From NCBI GenBank assembly GCA_963663275.1, contig OY760183.1, forward strand, positions 2,656,001-2,720,000: DNA of 64,000 nt, in the 5' to 3' direction. This document shows, piece by piece, positions 28,055-37,598 of the stretch (its first letter is position 1; each line of letters opens with the position of its first letter). Made by a program: the position numbers and the translations under genes. Under the pieces are notes generated by a model, which saw only the letters and a list, made by a program, of their open reading frames with translations, did no database searches and was not told the origin of the DNA. This stretch comes from Chloroflexota bacterium (GTDB lineage Bacteria > Chloroflexota > UBA11872 > VXOZ01).

Positions 28055-29842
28055 TCACAGCGCCTCGGAGCGCGAGTCTGCTTGCTCCCGCACCCGATCG
28101 CGGAATTCCGCAATCGACACGGCGCCACGATTCTCACCCGTGCGCAAGCGCACGTTCACCGCGCCCGCCTCGATCTCCCGGTCTCCCACCACCGCCATGT
28201 ACGGTATCTTTTGCAGTTGCGCGTCGCGGATCTTGGCGTTCATCCGTTCCGAGCGGGTATCCACCTCCACGCGAACGTCCGCCTCCGCCAGCGCGTCCGC
28301 CGCTGCCTGGGCGTACTCATTGTGCCGGTCGGCAATCGGGATGATCACCGCCTGCACCGGCGCCAGCCACACCGGGAACGCGCCGCCGTAGTGTTCCAGC
28401 AGAATGCCGAAGAAACGCTCGATGGAGCCGTAGAGCGCCCGGTGGATCATGAACGGGCGGCGCGCGCCGCCGTCCTCGCCGACGTACTCCAACCCAAAGG
28501 TTTGCGGCAGCCAGAAGTCGAACTGAATCGTCGAAAGCTGCCAGGGACGGCCCAGCACGTCCACGATCTTTATGTCAACTTTCGGCCCGTAGAAGGCCGC
28601 TTCGCCCTCCATGCGCTTGTAGCGCAGGTCGAGTCCTTCCAGCGCGTCTACCAGTCCGGCCTCGGCCATCTCCCAGTCCTCCGGTTCGCCGGCGTACTTG
28701 TCGCCTTCGCCCGGCTGCCACGTGCTAAGCTCCAATTCCAGGTCCTTGAAGCCGTAGGTTTCCAGGATTTCCAGGCAGAACTTCAGCACGCGCGCCAACT
28801 CGCCGTTCATCTGATCCGGGCGGCAGAAGAGGTGGGCGTCGTCCTGCGTGAAGCCGCGCACGCGGAGCAGGCCGTGCAGCACGCCGGAACGCTCGTAACG
28901 GTAGACCGTTCCGGTCTCCGTATAGCGCAGCGGCAGGTCGCGGTAACTGCGCGTGCGGCTCTTGTAGACCTGGATGTGGAAGGGACAGTTCATCGGCTTC
29001 AGGTAGTACTGCTGCTCGTCGATCTCCACGGGCGCGTACATGTTGTCCGCGAACCAGTTCAGGTGCCCGCTGGTCTGCCACAGGCCGGCCTTGCCCACGT
29101 GCGGCGTGTAGACGAACTCATAGCCGCCGGCGCGGTGACTTTCCCGCCAGTAGTCTTCCATGATGCTGCGCACGTGCCCGCCCTTGGCGTGCCAGATCAC
29201 CAGGCCGGCGCCCACCTCGTCGGAAAAGCTGAAGAGGTCCAATTCGCGGCCCAGCCGCCGGTGGTCGCGCCGCTCCGCTTCCTCCAGGAAGTTCAGGTAC
29301 GCATCCAGTTCCTCTCTTGTCTCCCAGGCCGTGCCGTACACGCGCTGGAGTTGCCGCCGGTTTTCGTCGCCGCGCCAATACGCGCCGGCCGTGCGCAGCA
29401 GCTTGAACGCGCCCACCGCGCCGGTCGACGCCACGTGGGGGCCTTCGCACAGGTCGATGAAGTCCCCGTTCTGATAGATGCTCACGCTCTCGACCTGCGC
29501 GTCTCGCTCCAGGTCGTCGATCAACTCCACCTTGTAGGACTGTTCTTGCTCGCCAAAGAACGCCTTGGCCTCGTCCACCGGCATGGTGGAGTGGGCGAAC
29601 TTTTGGTTTCGCTTGATGATGCGCTTCATGCGCCGGTTCAATTGGTCCAGGTCTTGGGGCGTCAGCGTGCGCGGCAGGTCGAAGTCGTAGTAGAAGCCGT
29701 CGTCAATCGGCGGGCCGATGGCAAGTTTGGCCTCCGGCATGTACTCCAGCATGGCCGTCGCCAGCACGTGCGCCGCCGAGTGGCGCAGGCGCTGCAACCG
29801 CTCCGCGCGCTCTTGGTCGTCTCTGCATTCCGCTTGCGGCAT
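28055..29842 (-). CDS. thrS: Threonine--tRNA ligase (no N-terminal TGS domain)
   Basis: LRHSAAHVLA, GFYYDF, DLCEGPHV, RDHRRLG, LKPMNCP.H, YRYERSG, IHRA.YGSIERF. Confidence 0.97.
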   Translation of the reverse strand: MPQAECRDDQERAERLQRLRHSAAHVLATAMLEYMPEAKLAIGPPIDDGFYYDFDLPRTLTPQDLDQLNRRMKRIIKRNQKFAHSTMPVDEAKAFFGEQEQSYKVELIDDLERDAQVESVSIYQNGDFIDLCEGPHVASTGAVGAFKLLRTAGAYWRGDENRRQLQRVYGTAWETREELDAYLNFLEEAERRDHRRLGRELDLFSFSDEVGAGLVIWHAKGGHVRSIMEDYWRESHRAGGYEFVYTPHVGKAGLWQTSGHLNWFADNMYAPVEIDEQQYYLKPMNCPFHIQVYKSRTRSYRDLPLRYTETGTVYRYERSGVLHGLLRVRGFTQDDAHLFCRPDQMNGELARVLKFCLEILETYGFKDLELELSTWQPGEGDKYAGEPEDWEMAEAGLVDALEGLDLRYKRMEGEAAFYGPKVDIKIVDVLGRPWQLSTIQFDFWLPQTFGLEYVGEDGGARRPFMIHRALYGSIERFFGILLEHYGGAFPVWLAPVQAVIIPIADRHNEYAQAAADALAEADVRVEVDTRSERMNAKIRDAQLQKIPYMAVVGDREIEAGAVNVRLRTGENRGAVSIAEFRDRVREQADSRSEAL

Positions 29843-29899
29843 GGATGTTTCTCCCTCAGTGATGTTTCGTTGCTTAGGTTTACCCGGTTGAAGACATAG

Positions 29900-29933
29900 A
29901 AAAAGCCTCTCGCGGCACGTATGTACGAGAGGC
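29900..29933 (-). terminator. Terminator/attenuator hairpin in the thrS leader
   Basis: GCCTCTCG...CGAGAGGC-TTTTT on the minus strand, about 60 nt before the thrS ATG. Confidence 0.7.
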
Positions 29934-30143
29934 AGTCAATCCTATTCGAGATTTAGCCGGACCGAATCGCAATCCCCTCGTCACCCGTACTGAGAGCGCG
30001 CGGGCGCGGTGATAGGCGCAATGCATCGCCGGAAACGGATGTTTCCCCCGATACGATACACCACGCGCCATCTCCTCCGTGTAACCTGATCTAGAAATCT
30101 CGGTTCGACAGTCGCGTGCCGGTCAAACGACACACCATCCCAC

Positions 30144-30173
30144 ATGCTACCTGAGCCGGCCCGCGGCTGTCAA
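30144..30173 (-). promoter_or_regulatory. Putative thrS promoter
   Basis: TTGACA-18bp-TAGCAT. Confidence 0.55.
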
Positions 30174-30315
30174 AGACGCGCCCGCGCCGCCGGTCAATTC
30201 GATAGCGGGGTATTCTCGCCGGACAGCGCGGCCGCTTGCCGCTGTGGGCCGCAGTAGCTACAATTGCGCTCAGACGGTCTGATTTCATGCCAGGCGCAGC
30301 GAAAGAGTACGTACG

Positions 30316-31599
30316 ATGCAGGTTGACCTCGCCTACGGGCGCGCGGGACTGACTATCACGCTGCCCGATGCAAACGTGGACGTTGTGGAGCCGGTCGATC
30401 TGCCGGGAGTGGCGGATTCCGCTCACGCCCTGCGCGCGGCGTTGCGCGCTCCGCTGGGAACGAGGCCGCTGCGCGAGCTGGCGAACGCGGACGACACCGT
30501 GGCCATCGTCTTCTGCGACATTACACGCCCGGCGCCCAATCACCTCATGCTGCCGGCGATTTTGGCCGAACTCGCGCACGTGCCCCGCGCGAACTTCGTC
30601 CTCATCAACGCCACCGGCATGCACCGCCCCAATACCAACGAAGAGTTGCGCGGTATGCTCGGCGACGACATTGTGGCGAACTACCGCATCGTCAACCACG
30701 ACTCAACCGATCGGTCGCAGTTGCGCCACCTGGGAGAGACGTCTTCCGGCGGGCCGGTCTGGGTCAATACCCACTACCTGGACGCCACGGTCAAGATTCT
30801 CACCGGCTTCATCGAGCCGCACTTCTTCGCCGGCTTCAGCGGGGGCGCCAAGCTCATCCTGCCCGGCATCGCCGGCGCCGACTCGGTGATGCACAACCAC
30901 AATGCGGCCATGATCGGGCATCCCAACGCCACGTGGGGGCGGCTGGAGGACAATCCCATTCACCGCGAGCAGCGCGAAGCGGCGGCGCTTTGCCCGCCCG
31001 ACCTCAGCCTCAACGTGACGATCAACAAGCGCAAAGAGATCACGGGCGTCTTTGCCGGGGAGATGCTGCAAGCCCACAGCGCCGGCTGCGACTTTGCCCG
31101 CCGCTCCGTCATGCGCGCCGTGCCGGAACCGTACGACATCGTGGTAACGACGAATAGCGGCTATCCGCTGGATCTGAATCTCTACCAGGCCGTGAAAGGC
31201 ATGTCCGCCGCGTACCAGGTGGTCAGGCCGGGCGGCGCCATCGTCATCGCCGCCGAGTGCTCCGAGGGCATTGGACACGGGCACTTTCAGGAGTTGCTGC
31301 GGGAACGCGAGACGCCGGCCGCCCTGCTGGACCTCATCAACAGCCCCGGATTCTCGCAGTTCGATCAGTGGGAAGCCCAAATCCTGGCGCAGATCCTGCT
31401 GAAGGCCGAAGTCCACCTCTACGCGGAGAATCTCTCCGACGCCGCCATGCGGGACGCGCATCTCACGCCCTGCCGCTCGATTGAGGACACGGTAGCGGCG
31501 CTGCGGGGCACGTTTGGGCCGGACGCCCGCATCTGCGTGCTGCCGATGGGGCCGCTGACCATTCCGTACGTCGAGGAACCGGCGGCGGCGCTCGTGTAG
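30316..31599 (+). CDS. larA: Nickel-pincer-dependent lactate racemase family protein
   Basis: DITRP, ATGMHRP, IVNHD, GFIEPHFFAGFSGGAK.ILPG, GYPLDLNLYQAVKG. Confidence 0.9.
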   Translation: MQVDLAYGRAGLTITLPDANVDVVEPVDLPGVADSAHALRAALRAPLGTRPLRELANADDTVAIVFCDITRPAPNHLMLPAILAELAHVPRANFVLINATGMHRPNTNEELRGMLGDDIVANYRIVNHDSTDRSQLRHLGETSSGGPVWVNTHYLDATVKILTGFIEPHFFAGFSGGAKLILPGIAGADSVMHNHNAAMIGHPNATWGRLEDNPIHREQREAAALCPPDLSLNVTINKRKEITGVFAGEMLQAHSAGCDFARRSVMRAVPEPYDIVVTTNSGYPLDLNLYQAVKGMSAAYQVVRPGGAIVIAAECSEGIGHGHFQELLRERETPAALLDLINSPGFSQFDQWEAQILAQILLKAEVHLYAENLSDAAMRDAHLTPCRSIEDTVAALRGTFGPDARICVLPMGPLTIPYVEEPAAALV

Positions 31600-31610
31600 C
31601 GCGCCAGGTC

Positions 31611-32780
31611 TTACAATCTCCGGCTCTTGCCGCTGTACCCTTCCGAGGGGATGATCGTAGACGGCGGCGCGAGGCGCAAGCCCGGATCCACGTCCAGATC
31701 CATGCCGGAAACCAGCCCCTGCTGGAGGCGGTAGTAACCGCAAGCGCCAATCATGGCGGCGTTGTCCGTGCAAAAGGCCAGGTCCGGTATGCGCACCGGC
31801 ACCGGCGCGTGGGCCGTAATCTCCTCGCGTAGGAGGCTGTTGGCGGCCACGCCGCCCACCACCAGAATCATCTCCACCTTGAATTCCCGCGCCGCTTCCA
31901 CCGTCTTGGCGACCAGCACGTCCGCGACGGATTGCTGAAAACTGGCCGCGACCTGGGCCACGTAGAGCGGCACGTCCATGCCGACCATGCCGCCTGGGGG
32001 CACGCTCAGCGGCTCGGAGAGGTCTTGGTCGCGCATCCGGCTCTCCATGTAGCGCAAAACGGCGGTCTTCACACCGCTGAAGCTGAATTCGTACGTGCCT
32101 TGCATCCACGCGCGCGGCAGTTCCACCATGTTGCGCCTCCCCCGCAGGCCGTAGCGCGACAACTGCTCCGCGGCGATCTGCACGGCCGGCCCGCCCGGGT
32201 ACGGCAGGCCGAGAATGCGGCCTACTTTATCGAAAGCCTCACCGGCGGCGTCATCGCGCGTGGCGCCCACCAGGGCGTAATCCCCGTGCCCGCGCATGAG
32301 CACGAGTTCCGTGTGTCCGCCGGAGACCACCAGGGCCAGCAGGGGAAAGCGCAACTCATCCGCGTTCTCGTCCCGGCGCGCCCGCCGCGAACGGGAAAGC
32401 CACGCCGCGTAGACGTGACCCTCCAGATGGTTGACGCCGATCAGCGGGATGCTCAGCGCGAAGGCCAGGGCTTTGGCGAAGTTGAGGCCGACTAGCAGCG
32501 CGCCGGCCAGGCCGGGGCCGTACGTAACCGCAATGCCGTCCAGGTCTTCCCACGCCACGTCCGCCTCGATCAGGGCCTCGTTGACAACCGGCATGATGGT
32601 TGCCAGGTGCTGGCGGGAAGCAAGTTCCGGCACTACGCCGCCGTACTTCTGATGAATCTCGACCTGCGAGGCGACGATGTTGGCATGGACGTAGCGGCCG
32701 TCCTCCACGACCGCCGCCGCCGTTTCGTCGCACGACGTTTCAATCGCGAGCAGTGTCTTCGACGAATTCGCAGTCGTCAA
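31611..32780 (-). CDS. tsaD: tRNA N6-adenosine threonylcarbamoyltransferase
   Basis: LAIETSCDETAAAV, GGVVPELASRQH, NHLEGH, VSGGHT, DDAAGEAFDK, CTDNAAMI. Confidence 0.97.
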   Translation of the reverse strand: MTTANSSKTLLAIETSCDETAAAVVEDGRYVHANIVASQVEIHQKYGGVVPELASRQHLATIMPVVNEALIEADVAWEDLDGIAVTYGPGLAGALLVGLNFAKALAFALSIPLIGVNHLEGHVYAAWLSRSRRARRDENADELRFPLLALVVSGGHTELVLMRGHGDYALVGATRDDAAGEAFDKVGRILGLPYPGGPAVQIAAEQLSRYGLRGRRNMVELPRAWMQGTYEFSFSGVKTAVLRYMESRMRDQDLSEPLSVPPGGMVGMDVPLYVAQVAASFQQSVADVLVAKTVEAAREFKVEMILVVGGVAANSLLREEITAHAPVPVRIPDLAFCTDNAAMIGACGYYRLQQGLVSGMDLDVDPGLRLAPPSTIIPSEGYSGKSRRL

Positions 32781-33498
32781 GAAACCCTCCTGTCTCCGGA
32801 TAGGCCGTCGTCCACGTATGCTTCTGGCGGAGCCGGGCTACCCGCTCCTGGAACATGCCTTGGAATTGGGCCACGTTCACGTCGTCGCTCCACATGACCA
32901 AGGCGTCTTCATAGTTGTCGCTGTAGTAGCGGGGCCGGATGCCGGTGGAGCGAAATGAGTACTTGCGATACAGCGACCGAGCCAGGCCATTTGAGACGCG
33001 CACCTCCAGCGTGACCCAGCGCGCCGCCAGGCCGATCGCCACGTCGATCAGAGCGGTGAGCATGAGTTCGCCAACGTTGCGGCCGCGCACGTCCGGCCGG
33101 GACGCGATCGTCGTAATGTGGGCTTCATCCACCATGAGCCACAGCCCGCCGTAGGCCACCAGCGTAGGCCGCCCATAGCGCCATGGCCGCTCGCCTTCCT
33201 TTTCGGCGGACGGGAAGAGCGAAAACGGGAAGGGCTTGACCCGCGCGCGCGGCGCCGGGTCCGCGCCTTCTTCCCGCGCGGCGTCCGCTACCGCGTCGAG
33301 ATCGCGAATTACCAGGTAGCGCGCCAGCTTGTTTTCTTTGATCTCGCGGCGATAGGCGTTGCGCGGCCAGGGCAAGGTAAACGAGGCTTCTTCGATCTCG
33401 CGAACCTCGGCCACGTCCTCCAATTGCATCGGCTCGATCCGCAGCCTCATGGCGTGAGGCCGGGGACGTTCTGCGGCCATGACTTCCGTTTGTGCCAT
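32740..33498 (-). CDS. rimI: Ribosomal-protein-alanine N-acetyltransferase
   Basis: IEEASF..PW, GLWLMVDEAHITTIA, LEVRVSN, YY.DN.EDALVM; position in the tsa operon. Confidence 0.9.
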   Translation of the reverse strand: MAQTEVMAAERPRPHAMRLRIEPMQLEDVAEVREIEEASFTLPWPRNAYRREIKENKLARYLVIRDLDAVADAAREEGADPAPRARVKPFPFSLFPSAEKEGERPWRYGRPTLVAYGGLWLMVDEAHITTIASRPDVRGRNVGELMLTALIDVAIGLAARWVTLEVRVSNGLARSLYRKYSFRSTGIRPRYYSDNYEDALVMWSDDVNVAQFQGMFQERVARLRQKHTWTTAYPETGGFLDDCEFVEDTARD

Positions 33499-33520
33499 TA
33501 TTCCACCCGGCGGTTCGCCA

Positions 33521-34333
33521 TCAGCTTGGAATCTGCGGCGGCTGGTCGTCGCTCAACGGATTGATGCGGTGGTGCGGCACCTGGGCCGCCGGCCGCCGCA
33601 AGTAGTCGGGTTCGGCGGTGAGCGGGTCTACCGTCCAGCCCTTGGCGAGATGCTCCGCGCCCAGCGCCGCCACCGACCCGGCGCGCCGCACGCTGGCGAG
33701 GCCGGTGGGAAAGACCGCCAGTTTCTTCTCAACCCGCGCTTCGATTTCTTCCCTATGCTCCGGCGAAATTTCGCCGCAGATGGTCGTTCTCTTCACGATT
33801 TTGGCACAAATCTCCGGTATGCCCACAATCGCGTAGTCTTCCAGGCGGCGCGACTTCCCCGCAACGGACCGGTACCAACCCACGTAGAGTTCGCCGCGTC
33901 CGGCCTCCAGCACGGCGCACACGTGCGCGTTGCCCGACTGCAAGTGCGGGTGGGCGATGGCGTCCAAGGTTGGCACGGTAACCAGCGGCACGCCCATGGT
34001 CAGGCAAAATCCCTTGGCCGTCGCCATGCCTACGCGCAGCCCGGAGAACGACCCCGGCCCCGACACCACGGCCACGGCGCTGAACGGGATGCGGCTCTGG
34101 GCGGCCGCGGCGTACCCTTCGCGCGGCGTTGCCGCCGCCTCGCCGGACGCCGGGGCGGAGGGCTGGGGCGCGGCGCCGCCCGCGGCGACCATCGTCCACA
34201 GTTGCTGGATAGTCTCCATGAGTTGCTCGGTGGCGTGGAAACCCGCAACCCAATTAACCTCCCCGACGATGCGGTCGTTCGCGTAGAATGCCACACCGAG
34301 TTGCCGTGTAGACGTATCAATCGCCAGGAGCAT
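33521..34333 (-). CDS. tsaB: t6A biosynthesis protein TsaB
   Basis: LLAIDTST, GPGSFSGLRVG...AKG, EAGRGE, P.YLR. Confidence 0.93.
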   Translation of the reverse strand: MLLAIDTSTRQLGVAFYANDRIVGEVNWVAGFHATEQLMETIQQLWTMVAAGGAAPQPSAPASGEAAATPREGYAAAAQSRIPFSAVAVVSGPGSFSGLRVGMATAKGFCLTMGVPLVTVPTLDAIAHPHLQSGNAHVCAVLEAGRGELYVGWYRSVAGKSRRLEDYAIVGIPEICAKIVKRTTICGEISPEHREEIEARVEKKLAVFPTGLASVRRAGSVAALGAEHLAKGWTVDPLTAEPDYLRRPAAQVPHHRINPLSDDQPPQIPS

Positions 34334-34357
34334 TGTTAAGTTACGTACCTCGTCGTG

Positions 34358-34858
34358 CTAGAAGCCGAACGCGTGCCGGCGGTACTCTTGGAGAATCTGC
34401 CGAAAGCGCTCGCCTTCCGACTCGAAGTGTAGCGTCCGCTTCGTGTCCGTCATGATTTCAATGCTGATCAGCATCCACGCTTCGGGCAGAAAGTCCCGCA
34501 CCTTGCGCGCCCACTCGATGACGCAGACGCCGTCTCCCTCCAGATACTCCTCCAAACCGAGGTTCCAGAGCGAGTCGCTGGAGGTAATGCGGTAGAGGTC
34601 CACGTGATAGAACGGTATTTTGCCGGAACGGTATTCCTTGATAAGGGTATAGGAAGGGCTGGTAACCTGCTCCTCTATCTCCAGGCCCAGGGCCATGCCC
34701 TGGGCGAACACCGTCTTGCCGGCGCCCATCGTGCCTTCGAGCAGGACCACGCTGCCTGGCATGACCAGCGTGCCCAGACGCAAACCTAAGCGCTGCGTCT
34801 GAGCCTCGCTGTGGCTGATGCAGTCGAGCTTCTGTTCCACGTCTCTGCTGGACGACAC
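34358..34858 (-). CDS. tsaE: t6A biosynthesis ATPase TsaE
   Basis: G.MGAGKT, VTSPSYTLI.EY, HVDLYR, VIEW. Confidence 0.95.
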   Translation of the reverse strand: MSSSRDVEQKLDCISHSEAQTQRLGLRLGTLVMPGSVVLLEGTMGAGKTVFAQGMALGLEIEEQVTSPSYTLIKEYRSGKIPFYHVDLYRITSSDSLWNLGLEEYLEGDGVCVIEWARKVRDFLPEAWMLISIEIMTDTKRTLHFESEGERFRQILQEYRRHAFGF

Positions 34859-34870
34859 TAACGCATCCTC

Positions 34871-35905
34871 TCATTCGCCGGACACCGGGCGGGCGGCCGC
34901 GGCGTCGAAATGGTCGAACCCCTCGCGCGGCAGCGGCGCCGCGTTGCCGCGCTCATCCCGCGCGGTCAGAGTTCCGGCCCGGCCCGCTACAATTCTACCG
35001 ATAACCGTACTTTTCGCCAGACCTCCGCTCTCCAGGGCGTCCCGCGCCCGCTGCATGACCCCCGGCGGCGCCGTGAACAGCAATTCGAAGTCTTCGCCCC
35101 CGGCGGTAGCGCGCCTTTGGCACGCCTCGCCCAGAACCGCCGGCAGCGCCGGGTCGGTGGGAACGGCCGCAAGCGCGATTTCCGCGGCCACGCCGCTGGC
35201 CGCGCAGAGTTTCCGCAGATCCGCGGCCAAGCCGTCGCTGACGTCCATGCCGCACCGCACTCCGGCGTCAACCAGCGCCCGGCCTTCGCGCAGGCGCGGC
35301 GCCGGCCGCCGTTGCGCCGCCATGAAGCGCGCCGCGTACGGTTCCGGCGCGGTCCCACCCCGCTCCAGCAGCGCAAGACCCGCCGCCGCGCTGCCCAATA
35401 CGCCCGTAACCGCTATTTCATCCCCGACGCGCGCCGACGCGCGGCGGAGCGTCCGCTCGTTGCTTTCCACCTCTCCGATTACCGTCACGTTTACCATCAC
35501 CTGTGCGCTCGCCGAAAGGTCGCCGCCGATGATGGGCGTCCGCGCCTCCCGCGCCAAAGCGGACATGCCTCGGTAGAACGCCGCCACGTCTTCCGCCGCG
35601 CAACCGGCCGGCAGACACAGCGTAACCAGCGCCGCCCGCGGCACGCCGCCCATCGCGGCGACGTCGCTCAGACTCACGGCCAGGGCCTTCCAGCCGATGT
35701 CCTCCCAGCCGAACGTGCGCAGCCGAAAGTCTACGTCTTCCACCAGAGCGTCGGTGGTGGCAACCAGCCGGCCGCCCGGCGTCGCTGGCGCGGCGGGCCA
35801 CAGCGCCGCATCGTCTTGAAAGTCCAACGCCGCGTCCGGCGCGGTGTAGACGCTCCGCGCGATGCGGTCGATGAGGCCGAACTCACCAACGTCTGCGAGC
35901 TTTAC
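34871..35905 (-). CDS. thiL: Thiamine-monophosphate kinase
   Basis: GEFGLI, DDAA, TDALVE.VDF, SDVAAMGG, GGD, DVSDGL, GGEDFELLFT; the homologous start position is a GTA codon. Confidence 0.93.
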   Translation of the reverse strand, partial: VKLADVGEFGLIDRIARSVYTAPDAALDFQDDAALWPAAPATPGGRLVATTDALVEDVDFRLRTFGWEDIGWKALAVSLSDVAAMGGVPRAALVTLCLPAGCAAEDVAAFYRGMSALAREARTPIIGGDLSASAQVMVNVTVIGEVESNERTLRRASARVGDEIAVTGVLGSAAAGLALLERGGTAPEPYAARFMAAQRRPAPRLREGRALVDAGVRCGMDVSDGLAADLRKLCAASGVAAEIALAAVPTDPALPAVLGEACQRRATAGGEDFELLFTAPPGVMQRARDALESGGLAKSTVIGRIVAGRAGTLTARDERGNAAPLPREGFDHFDAAAARPVSGE

Positions 35906-36138
35906 GGCCCTGCTCCCTCCACGTGCACAAGTGACCGCGTTCAGAATAACAGGGGAATCGTACGCGGGCAAATGGCTCGCGCGCGACTCACCTACAACAG
36001 GAGAGGCAGCGGAACCGGACTAAACCGCTTGGCCGGACGCGCATCCCTTAACAGCGTGTCTCCTGTATTGCTACGTCTAACTCCATTTAGTTCGTGTAAC
36101 TCAACGCAGTACGTGACGTTCATTCCTAGAGAGTAACC

Positions 36139-36207
36139 GTCACTCCGAGCGGAGCGAGGAATCTGGAGTGCGGGACTTCCTAGATTCCTCGCTCCGCTCG
36201 GAATGAC
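36139..36207. repeat. REP doublet GTCA(C/T)TCCGAGCGGAGCGAGGAATCT inverted pair
   Basis: 26-bp arms 36139-36164 and 36182-36207, one mismatch; same family as the MITE cargo. Confidence 0.88.
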
Positions 36208-36342
36208 AGACCCTCACGCTCTATGACAGACCCTCACCCTCTATGACAGACCCTCACCCTCTATGACAGACCCGCACGCTCAATGGCAAACCCCCACGCT
36301 CTATGACAGACCCTCACGCTCTATGGCAGACTCAAGCGCTCG
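36203..36342 (+). repeat. Tandem repeat, about 7 x 20 bp (ATGACAGACCCTCACGCTCT)
   Basis: Units at 36203, 36223, 36243, 36263, 36283, 36303, 36323, decaying toward the 3' end. Confidence 0.92.
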
Positions 36343-36469
36343 CCGCCCGGATTCACCGCCTTGCCACCCTATGCTACCATGCTCACAGCTTTGCTTTGAA
36401 CGTCGAAATCCGAATAGTCATCCCAAATCCGACCATCCTGAATAGCACAACAAAGAAGGGAAACCGCCG

Positions 36470-37579
36470 ATGCCGCCTTCTTCGCAGCAGACGGAGTCAT
36501 TGAAGAACCGCTTGCGGGCAGACCTGACCGAACTGGCCGCGTTGCACGGCCCCTCGGGACGGGAACGGGCGGTGATTGCCGCCTTAGCCGAGCGCGTCCG
36601 CCCGCTTGCCCAATCGCTGCGGGTGGACCGCATGGGCAATCTGCTGGTAGACTACGGCGGCCCGCCGGACGCGCCGCTCGTGCTCTTGGACGCGCACGCC
36701 GATGAAATCGGCTGCCTGGTGCGCAGCATCGAGCCGGACGGCTTTCTGCGCCTCTACAAGGTGGGCGGCATCCTGGACAGCCTGCTCGTCGGGCGCAAAG
36801 TTTCCGTGAACGGGCTGCGCGGTGTGATCGGCGTCAAAGCCGGACACTTGCAGTCACCGGAGGAGCAGCGCGCGGTGGTTTCGGTGCGCGACCTCTACGT
36901 GGACCTGGGGCTATCCTCCGCGGCGGCAGTGCGGGAGGCCGGCATCGCCGTGGGCGATCCGGTTACGTACGTGAGCGAGGTGGAGCCGCTGGCGCAGCCG
37001 GACCGCCTCTGCGGCAAGGCGATCGACAACCGCGTGGGCTGCGCCGTGCTCCTGGAGGCCCTGCGGCGCTTGACAGAGTCTCCGCCGCCGGTGCGGCTGG
37101 CGGCGCAGTTTACCGTGCAAGAAGAGACCGGACTGCACGGCGCGGGCCCGGCGGCGTTCAATTTCGCGCCTCACCTGGCCATCGCCGTCGACACCGTGCC
37201 CTGCGGCGATACGCCGGAGATGAAGTTCCATAGCGAACTACCCGTCGCTCTCGGTCGCGGGCCGGTGCTGCAAACGGCGAGCGGCAGTTCCTACGGCGGC
37301 ATGATTACGCCCGCGTCCGTGCTGGGGTTCGCCGTCCGCGTCGCCGACGAGCGCGGCATTCCCCACCAGGAGGCAATCCTGGAAGGCGGCAGCACCAACG
37401 CCACGGCCATCCACTACTCGCGCAGCGGCATTCCGGCGATTGCCGTCACCATCCCGCGCCGCTACTCGCATTCTCCCATCGAAGTGGTTGATCTCAACGA
37501 CGCGGCGGCTACGCTGCAACTGGTGGTGGCCATGACTCAACAGGCGGGCGAGGAGAGTTTCGCGTTCCTGGAGGAGTGA
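36470..37579 (+). CDS. M42-family aminopeptidase
   Basis: GPSGRE, DAHADEIG, KAIDNRVG, TVQEETGL.GA, RRYSHSP.E. Confidence 0.9.
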   Translation: MPPSSQQTESLKNRLRADLTELAALHGPSGRERAVIAALAERVRPLAQSLRVDRMGNLLVDYGGPPDAPLVLLDAHADEIGCLVRSIEPDGFLRLYKVGGILDSLLVGRKVSVNGLRGVIGVKAGHLQSPEEQRAVVSVRDLYVDLGLSSAAAVREAGIAVGDPVTYVSEVEPLAQPDRLCGKAIDNRVGCAVLLEALRRLTESPPPVRLAAQFTVQEETGLHGAGPAAFNFAPHLAIAVDTVPCGDTPEMKFHSELPVALGRGPVLQTASGSSYGGMITPASVLGFAVRVADERGIPHQEAILEGGSTNATAIHYSRSGIPAIAVTIPRRYSHSPIEVVDLNDAAATLQLVVAMTQQAGEESFAFLEE

Positions 37580-37598
37580 CCCTAGCGGGAAACTGCGT

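Noticed and set aside
29843-30140. T-box riboswitch before thrS; 63-aa ORF 29880-30071
   Set aside because: No UGGNACC bulge or AG/GNUG stem-I motifs found; the 63-aa ORF runs through the terminator and its ATG is too close to the RBS
35906-36135. TPP riboswitch before thiL (also checked before thiD); 43-codon minus-strand ORF
   Set aside because: No CTGAGA / CCTGA..TAATGC core; the ORF has no properly spaced RBS or recognisable motif
36203-36342. Plasmid iterons or CRISPR
   Set aside because: Head-to-tail units without spacers, no rep gene, derived from an adjacent REP end
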